The position numbers were made by a program, and so were the translations under genes. Source: Bdellovibrionales bacterium (GTDB taxonomy: Bacteria; Bdellovibrionota; Bdellovibrionia; Bdellovibrionales; UBA1609). Taken from it: DNA of 64,000 nt. Location of the stretch: positions 32,724 through 96,723 of the forward strand of contig JALZUR010000022.1 in the NCBI GenBank assembly GCA_023301025.1, written 5' to 3'. Positions 46,245 to 53,987 of the stretch are shown here, piece after piece. The stretch's first letter is position 1. Each line of letters begins with the position of its first letter. The notes below the pieces were generated by a model that saw only the letters and a list, made by a program, of their open reading frames with translations, made no database searches and was not told the origin of the DNA.

Positions 46245-47740
46245 AGCGACTTACCCCCAGGTAATGATAGTTTCCTATCTCATCTAACCAGTACTCACCT
46301 TTAAACGGCCAATACTCATAACCATTTTTTCTAAAGCTAAAACGACTAGACTTTGCTTCAACCTTAGTATCAAAGTCATCGGTTGCCTCAAGCTTCTTTC
46401 TTGCATCTTCTTTTTCAGAAGAAACCAACTCAAATTTTACAAGTTCTTTTTGATCATCAAACTCATTAAGTTCTTTTTTGTATTGTAAAAGTCTACTTCT
46501 AATAGCCTTACCTAATCTTCTAAAGCTTCCTCTTTTTCTATTTTCAATAATTTTTTTAGCAAAAGAAGCAACAGTTGTATTTGACCATGGCCCACTTTTT
46601 TTAATCTTTTGCAAATCATCTTCTAAATTGTAGTAGTAATCAGATCTTGATTGAATCATAGTTGATCTGTTTAAGTCCCTGACCAGTACATAAGGAATTG
46701 TGTATCTGTAGCCTTTTTTACCGGTCTTAAACTCATTTTTTAAAGCTAAATAGTTTTTTAAGTCATTTTTATATGATTTATTTCTTTTTAAATATCTCTT
46801 TAAATCTTTGTTTATTTTTCCGTATGTCTCATCATAAACTTTTAAAACCTTGTTCACTTCATCTACTTTACAAATGTACAAATAGATAATAGATCGCAAG
46901 AGTGTAGCTTCAGGATAATAGTAGTTGTTGTAGTACTCTGAATGTAGAGACTGAAAGTTACTTAGAGCACTTCTAAACTTACCAGCTCTTAACATGGCCC
47001 AAGAAGACTCAAAAAGCATGTCATGAAAGTACTTACTATCTCTAGGAATCTTTCTGTATTCACTTAAAGAGCCATTCCATTTTTTCATTTGGTATAAGAC
47101 TCTTGCTCTACCCATTACAGCAGCTACTCTTTGATTGTCTACAATACCTTTTTCAGACCTTGCGTTGGCAGATTGAGTAAATGCAGAAAATGATTTTCTT
47201 AAACTGTTTGTCTCTGCTAACGCAAGCCCAATGAAATACCTAGCTTTAGAATACAGTTCATGATTTTTAGGTATTTTTCCAAAATAATTTGCAGCTTTTT
47301 TAAACTTACCTATTCTTATATAAGCCTGTCCAAATCTAAAGTATAAAATAGGCTTCTGCTCTTTTGGAAAAGTCTTAATTCTAATTTTAGAAAGAGCATA
47401 ATTCAAACCAACATCATCACCTGCATCAAAAGACAATCGTGAGAGTATTTCTAAGTATTTAGAAAGATGTCTACTTCTTGGACTTACTTTAATAGCTTTA
47501 ATAACACTAAAAATTGCAGGTTGCACAAGTTGCATATTTGCAAAACTTCGCCCTAACTCGTAATACACCTCTCCACTTTCTTTTTTATATCTACTATTAT
47601 TAACAAGACTGTATAAAACTTTTGAAGCTTCTTGTGGGTTTCCAGATTTTATTAAAGACCTTGCTCTTTCTAGCTCTTGAGAAGACCAAGCGTTGTTTAC
47701 AAAAAATATTAAAAGGATCGCAATTATAATTTTTTTCAAT
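46237..47740 (-). CDS. TPR-repeat protein, GltC/GltE-like
   Basis: TPR repeats throughout. I start at the TTG at 47740 (LKKIIIAILLIFFVNNAWS signal peptide), preceded by GGTGAGG. The track start at 47826 overlaps the upstream gene by 80 nt. Confidence 0.55.
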
Positions 47741-47746
47741 TTCGCC

Positions 47747-48523
47747 TCACCTAGTCTTACTAAATGGTAAAAATATACTAAAACCTGCTGACAGATATAA
47801 AAACCCTGTCTGAACTTCTTGACCACTCACGCTGCCTTGTAAGTCATTTCGAGCATTAGCTCTAAAAAAGTTGTAACTAAGAGTCCACTTAAAAGTTACG
47901 TTTTTTGTCATTGGGTAAACCTGCCCAGAGCCAACATGAAGTGTTGTCACTCTTTGGCCATCATTTGTCCCTGTTAGGCCGCCACCCAAAGTAAAATACA
48001 CTTCAAAAGGGTTGATAGTTTTTTCCTGCAAACTGATTTTTCCATATATTGGAGACCAACGAAGATGAATCCCATAATAATCTGAAGGCACAACAATACT
48101 TCTAGTAATGATATTTTGTTCACTCTCTAAATTTGAAGTAATATTCTTTTCTAAATCTGTTAAAATTAAACCCTCAAATTCAAGTCCAAAAGCTTCAGTG
48201 AAATGATATGTTAAAGACCCATTAAAACCCAAAAAGTCATAAAATTGCGAGTTTAAAGCAAGACTTCCAGCTCCCCATAATTCTAAACGTTTAGATTTAT
48301 CTAAATATTTTTTTTGAATTACAGCAATATCTTTAAATTTTTCAAGTTCTCTTAAGTACTTTATATCTTCTTTCTTTTCTTTTTTTCTAGAAACTTTATT
48401 AGAACTACGACTGGAAACAGACGACGAAGTTTCTTCTTCTGCTTCAAAATCATCAAAGACGTTTTGCGCTTCAGATAAAGAACAAAGTAAAAGCAAGCTT
48501 AAACTTAGTATAATTTTTTTCAC
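47747..48523 (-). CDS. outer membrane beta-barrel protein, GltA/GltB-like
   Basis: Signal peptide (LLLCSLSEAQ) and a Lys/Glu-rich linker. Amphipathic strands end in SIFLPF. GTG start after GGGGAG. Confidence 0.55.
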   Translation of the reverse strand: MKKIILSLSLLLLCSLSEAQNVFDDFEAEEETSSSVSSRSSNKVSRKKEKKEDIKYLRELEKFKDIAVIQKKYLDKSKRLELWGAGSLALNSQFYDFLGFNGSLTYHFTEAFGLEFEGLILTDLEKNITSNLESEQNIITRSIVVPSDYYGIHLRWSPIYGKISLQEKTINPFEVYFTLGGGLTGTNDGQRVTTLHVGSGQVYPMTKNVTFKWTLSYNFFRANARNDLQGSVSGQEVQTGFLYLSAGFSIFLPFSKTR

Positions 48524-48644
48524 TTATCATCTCCCCACTGACCCAAATCAAATCCCCTATTTCTACAGCCAAACTTTCTACAGGCGTTCTTCAAAAAAAC
48601 GCCCGGACACACCAACAAAATCACCAAACAAAATCACACACTAC

Positions 48645-49400
48645 CTAAAGTAAAAAACTTAGACCAAATAAGAGTGTTGAATCAAATTGAAGTGATGTTT
48701 CATATTCTGAACTTGGTGGTGGTGTTGTACCTGGAACCAACTGCCCCACACTAGTTATATCAGGTCCATTAAATGCCGTTAGTAAAATATCAAACCTAAT
48801 TGCCACACTTGAGTTAAAATAAAATCTTTGGCTTAAACCAATATTTGCTGCAGGAGCAATGAGATCTCCCATTATGTAAGCCCCTCCTCCAAACAAACCA
48901 GAAAGAGTTAGATTCATGACAAAGTCATTAGTTAATGAAATTTTACCGTAATAAGCAGTGTATTGATAATGTGCCGCTATAAACATTTCTTTATTAGGAG
49001 CTAAAGAAGCATCAAAAGCTAAAGCTCCAACACTTCCATCTGCTAAAATCACCTGACCAGTTTGAAGCGCAACACCATTACTGTTAAGGCCACCCATAAA
49101 AAGAGTTCCCATAAGATGTACAGCGTTAGTGTTGTCAAAGTGATATGTTAATGAACCACCAAAATTAACTGGATTGTACAGAGGCTCAGACGCTACAAAT
49201 CCACCCATTAGATTTAATTCAAATTTTCCAGCATGTTTCACTTTTCTATTTAAAATAGCAACCTTTTCTTCAAATACAGGAAGAGTAGACTCTGTCGACA
49301 GCTCTTCTTCTGGAAACTTAATTTTAACATCAGCATTAGCATCAGTTGCTAAAAACAGTAAAAAGTGAAAAACAAATGCTAAAGCTAAATAAAATCTCAT
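48645..49400 (-). CDS. outer membrane beta-barrel protein, GltB/GltA-like (paralog of previous)
   Basis: Signal peptide (FLLFLATDANA). It shares strand motifs with the neighbour (GGSLTYHF vs NGSLTYHF; YGKISL in both). The ATG abuts the kdsC stop (TAAATG). Confidence 0.55.
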   Translation of the reverse strand: MRFYLALAFVFHFLLFLATDANADVKIKFPEEELSTESTLPVFEEKVAILNRKVKHAGKFELNLMGGFVASEPLYNPVNFGGSLTYHFDNTNAVHLMGTLFMGGLNSNGVALQTGQVILADGSVGALAFDASLAPNKEMFIAAHYQYTAYYGKISLTNDFVMNLTLSGLFGGGAYIMGDLIAPAANIGLSQRFYFNSSVAIRFDILLTAFNGPDITSVGQLVPGTTPPPSSEYETSLQFDSTLLFGLSFLL

Positions 49401-49895
49401 TTACACATCACCCTTTGATTCAATAATCATCTCACAGATTTCTCTTACAGCTCCGAAGCCACCTTCTTTAGTAGTCACGTAATCAGATTTTTTCTTTATC
49501 TGATCCAATGCATGAGGAACAGTCACACCAAAACCAACATGTTCAATAACTGAAAGGTCCATAAGATCATCCCCTATGTAGCAAACCTCTTCTGCTTTTA
49601 AGCCTGATTCTTTTAAAATAAGCTTTAAATCATCAAGTTTGTTCTTTGCATCCTCTCTGAAGTAATCAACTTTTAAAAATTCAAATCTTGTTCTTACATC
49701 GTGTGCACAGGCAGCAGTTATAATACCAGTTTTAACACCTATCTTTTGCAGTCTTTTTAAACCCATTCCATCATAAATAGAATAGTGACGGCACCATTCA
49801 TCTTTAGAATTTAACCAAATTCTGGTATCCGTCATAACGCCATCTACGTCGCTTAAAAAAAGTTTTATCTGTTTCAATCTGCTGTCTACGTTCAT
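49401..49895 (-). CDS. kdsC: 3-deoxy-D-manno-octulosonate 8-phosphate phosphatase (HAD-IIIA)
   Basis: LFLSDVDGVMTD, GIITA and YIGDDLMDL motifs. Size 164 aa. SD GAAAGG. Confidence 0.8.
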   Translation of the reverse strand: MNVDSRLKQIKLFLSDVDGVMTDTRIWLNSKDEWCRHYSIYDGMGLKRLQKIGVKTGIITAACAHDVRTRFEFLKVDYFREDAKNKLDDLKLILKESGLKAEEVCYIGDDLMDLSVIEHVGFGVTVPHALDQIKKKSDYVTTKEGGFGAVREICEMIIESKGDV

Positions 49896-49945
49896 ATTTT
49901 ACCTTTCTCTATTTTTCACAAAAAATAGCCTTATGTACAGAGATA

Positions 49946-49988
49946 CTAGACCAAAGATCTTATCAAATCTAGCAAGCCCTAGGTCTAG
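49946..49988. promoter_or_regulatory. palindromic intergenic element, copy B (upstream of the kdsC-glt operon)
   Basis: CTAGACC-caaagat-CTTATCAAA-tctagcaa-GCCCTAGGTCTAG. It shares CTAGAC, CTTATCAAA and GCCYTAGGTCTAGA blocks, in the same order, with 53875-53907. Confidence 0.45.
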
Positions 49989-50074
49989 ATATGCCTGCAA
50001 AATATGAATTCTACAGAGAAGAACAAATACTTATAGTCTTTAAAATTGATTTTTAGGGTTAGTCTTTAAAGGTG

Positions 50075-50365
50075 CTACTCTTCTGATTTGTCAGAAAAAA
50101 TAAAGACCAAATCCCCATCAGCTACGAAGTTGAACTGATCTTTGATTTTTTTTTCGATGTATTTTGGGTCATTAACGTATTCAAGTTTTTTCTTAATACT
50201 CTCAGATTTTAAGCTAATTTCTAAAATCTCTTCATTCATAGACTGTTCAATTTTTCTGGATTCTAAAAAACTAATAAATCCACCTCTTAAGCCCAAGGAC
50301 ACAAAAAGACCTAACGAGCACAATAAAATAACATTTGTGGTGTTTAAAAGATACTTTTGAATCAT
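50075..50365 (-). CDS. ftsB: septum formation initiator FtsB/DivIC-family protein
   Basis: 96 aa with an N-terminal TM, a coiled coil and C-terminal DPKYIEKKIKDQFNFVADGDLVF. It sits in the conserved position downstream of eno. Confidence 0.65.
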   Translation of the reverse strand: MIQKYLLNTTNVILLCSLGLFVSLGLRGGFISFLESRKIEQSMNEEILEISLKSESIKKKLEYVNDPKYIEKKIKDQFNFVADGDLVFIFSDKSEE

Positions 50366-50448
50366 AAAGCTATGGTTTCATAGCTTTATAAAAAATAGCA
50401 AGCAGCAAAAATGATTATTGCAGCTTGATCAAAACACAGCTTAAAGTT

Positions 50449-51705
50449 TTAAACGCTCCATAAAGCATCTGAATTAGCCTCTTCAATTCGAATGAGTTCG
50501 TTATACTTTGCTGTTCTCTCACCTCTGCAGAGGCTGCCCGTTTTGATCTGACTGCATGACAGACCAACGCAAAGATGTGAAATTGAAACATCTTCTGTCT
50601 CACCACTTCTGTGGGACATCACTGTTTTGCAATCGTTTTTGTGCATAAGTTTAACAGCATCCACAGTTTCAGAAACTGTACCTATCTGATTTGGTTTAAC
50701 TAAAAGAGCATTCGCTGATTTTTCTTTTAAACCTCTTTCAATTCTAGTTACATTTGTTACAAAAAGATCATCACCCACAAGCTGAGTTTTATCTCCCATG
50801 GATTTTGTAGCCGCAGACCAAGCCGACCAATCTTCTTCTGCAAAGCCATCTTCGATGCTTGTGATAGGATAAGACTTTGTCATGTTCTGATAAACGCCTA
50901 AAAGCTCAGTTGAACTAAGCTGACCACCTTCAAAAGAATACGTACTGTCTTCTTTATTATAAAACTCAGTAGCCGCTACATCTAAAGCTAAGAATATCTC
51001 TTCACCTGGTTTATAACCAGCTTTTTCAATAGCTTGCATAAGTAAATCTAAAGCCTCTAAATTACCATTTAGCTCAGGTGCAAACCCACCTTCGTCACCC
51101 ACTGCAACTGAAAGTGATTTTTTAACTAAAATATTTTTTAAAGATTGAAAAATTTCTGAGCCTGCTCTTACAGCGTCAAAAAAAGTATTTCCCACCCGTG
51201 GCACAATCATAAACTCTTGAATTTCTAAGCCGTTGTTAGAGTGTGCTCCTCCGTTTAAAACATTCATTAAAGGCATAGGCATAACAACTCTTGAATCATT
51301 TAAAAACAATTTATAATAAGGTACTTTTTTCTTAAGAGCTTCAAGCTTTGAAAAAGCTAATGATAAAGCTAAGACTGCATTAGCACCAAATGTGCTTTTG
51401 TTGTCTGTTCCATCTGCTTCAATTAAAGCTTTATCAAACTCAAAAAAATTAGAAAACTCTTTGTCTTTAACAATTGAAAAAAGCTCCATCACATTGTCAC
51501 AGGCCTGAGTAACACCTTTTCCATGAAAAAAAGATGCGTCTTTGTCTCTTAACTCATGAGCTTCAAAAGCACCAGTAGATGCACCTGAAGGAACTGCAGC
51601 TCTAGCGAATACATCTTTTTCAGAAAAAAGATCCACCTCAACTGTTGGGTTTCCTCTAGAATCTAGTATTTGTCTTGAAACAACATTTTTTAGTTTAATA
51701 CTCAT
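50449..51705 (-). CDS. eno: enolase
   Basis: SRQILDSRGNPTVEVDL, SHRSGETED and LLVKPNQIGTVSET are canonical motifs. Confidence 0.95.
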   Translation of the reverse strand: MSIKLKNVVSRQILDSRGNPTVEVDLFSEKDVFARAAVPSGASTGAFEAHELRDKDASFFHGKGVTQACDNVMELFSIVKDKEFSNFFEFDKALIEADGTDNKSTFGANAVLALSLAFSKLEALKKKVPYYKLFLNDSRVVMPMPLMNVLNGGAHSNNGLEIQEFMIVPRVGNTFFDAVRAGSEIFQSLKNILVKKSLSVAVGDEGGFAPELNGNLEALDLLMQAIEKAGYKPGEEIFLALDVAATEFYNKEDSTYSFEGGQLSSTELLGVYQNMTKSYPITSIEDGFAEEDWSAWSAATKSMGDKTQLVGDDLFVTNVTRIERGLKEKSANALLVKPNQIGTVSETVDAVKLMHKNDCKTVMSHRSGETEDVSISHLCVGLSCSQIKTGSLCRGERTAKYNELIRIEEANSDALWSV

Positions 51706-51755
51706 TTAACTCACCCTCTTTTTTCGCTTCACTGTCTTAATTGTCTTTTTTTTTG

Positions 51756-52658
51756 TCACTGCATTTTAAGCTGGAACTCTTCATCATCTAAACTTGTTTT
51801 TTCATCACCTTCAAAATTATCTGAACCTTGCTTAATCATAGAGATAAGATCTTCGACTGTATTTTGATGGTGACTCTCTAAATTGTCCCAATCTAAGCGC
51901 TGCAAAGCCTTATTGAACCATCTCTTTTTTCCAGATTCTGCTTTTATAAGTGATATCAGCTGTCTAGATCTTAAAAAATAATCTTCTAAGTGTTTTACAG
52001 ATTGTATCAACTGCTCTTGAGTAGAATTTAAATCTGGAGCCGAGTCACTACTTGAAAGAGAAGAAGATATTTGAGACGAATTTTGAATCTCATTTTTTTC
52101 GCCCCACTCAATAGTTACGGTGTTGCCTGTCCAAAACACACTGGAGTCTTCTTCTGATTCAACAAAGGCTGAGACTACTTCTAAAGCTCCAGACAAATAG
52201 TCTGTAACCAAAGGGAACTCTTCAGAAGACAGCTCTGTTTGAAAGACTGTGTTTTCATTTGTTTTTTCAATCCAAGTAAAAGCACTTAATGGTCTTACGA
52301 AATAAGAAAGATAACTTTGTGGAGAAGAGTAAATTTCTAAAGAGGTTTTTAAAATCTTTAAGACCTGGTTTAAAACTCCCCAACCGTTTAGATTAAACTC
52401 TTCAAGAGCAATGGATTTTAAACTGAGTGTAGGAATTTTATAAGAGATGTAAGACAAAAATTTCTCTAAAGTTTCAGCGTCGATCCAAGCTTCTGGGTCA
52501 AAGGCTTTTTCAGGTGTGAGCCCTACCTCTTCTAAAAAATCACCATGAACAATGCCCATAGACTCTAAGCTTAAGCATACAGAGTGCGTGATTTTAGCGC
52601 TAAATTCTAACTTGGATTCCATAGAGCACAAATTGCCAGTTAACTGTAAAAATAGCAA
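51756..52658 (-). CDS. hypothetical cytoplasmic protein
   Basis: 300-aa ORF between cpaF and eno with no recognisable motifs. It has a Ser-rich linker (SSQISSSLSSSDS). Probable start at MESKLEF (about 52622). Confidence 0.45.
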   Translation of the reverse strand: MLFLQLTGNLCSMESKLEFSAKITHSVCLSLESMGIVHGDFLEEVGLTPEKAFDPEAWIDAETLEKFLSYISYKIPTLSLKSIALEEFNLNGWGVLNQVLKILKTSLEIYSSPQSYLSYFVRPLSAFTWIEKTNENTVFQTELSSEEFPLVTDYLSGALEVVSAFVESEEDSSVFWTGNTVTIEWGEKNEIQNSSQISSSLSSSDSAPDLNSTQEQLIQSVKHLEDYFLRSRQLISLIKAESGKKRWFNKALQRLDWDNLESHHQNTVEDLISMIKQGSDNFEGDEKTSLDDEEFQLKMQ

Positions 52659-52713
52659 TATTATGAATTTTTATTAATCTGTTTTTGCTGCTTAATTTTT
52701 ATTAATTGTTTTT

Positions 52714-53847
52714 CTAAGCTGCTTTTTTCTTGTTACTCTTAAATTGAGATCTAGGAATAGGCATTCCATTGTCTTCGATTTCTGCCATAAAGGTAGGCTC
52801 CATAAAAGGCTCAAGTTGACCCTTAAGTTTTCCATCAGGCTGCTTTATTAAACGACTCATTTTAAATATGTCTTGAACAATGTAGCGTTCTTTTTCATCA
52901 AGTCCTAAAACTTCAGTTATAGAGTGCACACGCCTTGAACCATCAGAGTATCTTGAAACTTGAACCACTAAATCTATTGCTGAAGCTATTTGCATAATAA
53001 GTGCAGTTTCTGAAATTTTAGAATCTCCACCTTGTGCTAAAGCTTGAAGTCTTGTGAGTGCTTCAGGTGCTGCATTTGCATGAACTGTTCCCATACATCC
53101 TTTGTGCCCCGTGTTCATAGCTTGAATAAGCTCTAAAGCTTCAGAACCTCTAACCTCTCCCACAATAATTCTATCTGGTCTAAGCCTAAGACTTGAAACA
53201 ACTAAATCTTGAATACTCACTTCTCCAGTTCCTTGATCATCGGCCATTCGTGTTTCAAAAAATACAACATGTTCATAGTCTACTTTTAATTCTGTAGAAT
53301 CTTCTATAACAATAATTCTTTGACCTGGAGGAATACGCCCCGTGAGCAAACCTAAAAGTGTTGTTTTACCAGACCCTGTTCCTCCGCTTACAAGTATATT
53401 TTTACCAAGTTTCATTGAGGCATCTAAAAACTGTGCTGCATTTACAGGAAGGGCTCCAAGCTGCACATAATTTTTAAAGGTCATTTCAGATTTAAAAAAC
53501 TTTCGTATAGCAACAGTTGTGCCTTTTCTCGACATAGGAGGAAGCACAGCATGAATCCTTGAACCATCAGGAAGTCTTGCATCAAGCCTCGGTTCTTCGT
53601 CTGAAATACGTCTACCGACACTTCCTGCAACTGCATTTATGGCAGCTCTTAGTGCATCTTCATCTTCAAAAAAAACACCCTCAGCTTTTACAATTTTTCC
53701 AGATTTTTCAACGAAGATTTCATCAGGCCCGTTTATCATTATTTCAGATACAGAATCATCATCAATCAGTGAGGCTATGGGGCCAAGATTATCGGCAATA
53801 GCAGATTGAAACACAGACATTTGATCTTTTTTGGTATCCTTACTCAT
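52714..53847 (-). CDS. CpaF/TadA-family type II/IV secretion ATPase (orphan)
   Basis: Walker A GGTGSGKTT, an Asp box, Walker B RIIVGEVRG and a His box TGHKGCMGTVHA. Confidence 0.85.
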   Translation of the reverse strand: MSKDTKKDQMSVFQSAIADNLGPIASLIDDDSVSEIMINGPDEIFVEKSGKIVKAEGVFFEDEDALRAAINAVAGSVGRRISDEEPRLDARLPDGSRIHAVLPPMSRKGTTVAIRKFFKSEMTFKNYVQLGALPVNAAQFLDASMKLGKNILVSGGTGSGKTTLLGLLTGRIPPGQRIIVIEDSTELKVDYEHVVFFETRMADDQGTGEVSIQDLVVSSLRLRPDRIIVGEVRGSEALELIQAMNTGHKGCMGTVHANAAPEALTRLQALAQGGDSKISETALIMQIASAIDLVVQVSRYSDGSRRVHSITEVLGLDEKERYIVQDIFKMSRLIKQPDGKLKGQLEPFMEPTFMAEIEDNGMPIPRSQFKSNKKKAA

Positions 53848-53853
53848 AGAGAA

Positions 53854-53861
53854 GTATCGGC
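53854..53861 (-). promoter_or_regulatory. sigma-28 (FliA)-like -10 box GCCGATAC, 6 nt upstream of the cpaF ATG
   Basis: Minus strand reads …GTAGAAAGTGCCGATACTTCTCTATG. No SD is present. Confidence 0.3.
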
Positions 53862-53874
53862 ACTTTCTACATGC

Positions 53875-53907
53875 TTCTAGACTCTTATCAAAGCCTTAGG
53901 TCTAGAA
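53875..53907. promoter_or_regulatory. palindromic intergenic element, copy A (cpaF / msrBA divergent region)
   Basis: TTCTAGAC-tCTTATCAAAGCCTTAG-GTCTAGAA: an 8-bp perfect inverted repeat with a 17-nt spacer. Related to 49946-49988. Confidence 0.45.
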
Positions 53908-53987
53908 ACAAAAACTCTCTGATAACGTTCTTGCACCACTAACACCAGACGTTTGCTAAACAGAGAGTAAAACTAGACAATAAGCCT

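Noticed and set aside
50415-50606. 63-aa minus-strand ORF overlapping the eno 3' end
   Set aside because: It is an alternative frame of enolase.
53789-53796. Perfect GCCGATAA (minus strand) inside cpaF
   Set aside because: It lies within conserved coding sequence (AIADNLG) with no downstream start codon it could serve. It is probably coincidental.
5560-53900. Apparent recurrence of TAAGGCTA / AGCCTTA(A)GG in intergenic regions (5560, 30033, 37451, 38071, 49929, 53891)
   Set aside because: AGCCTTA-type strings also occur several times inside coding regions (for example 4622, 7201, 21756, 31494, 46504). The expected count for such an 8-mer in 128 kb of AT-rich sequence is already a few. I cannot claim enrichment without a proper count, so only the long two-copy element (49946-49988 and 53875-53907) is reported.
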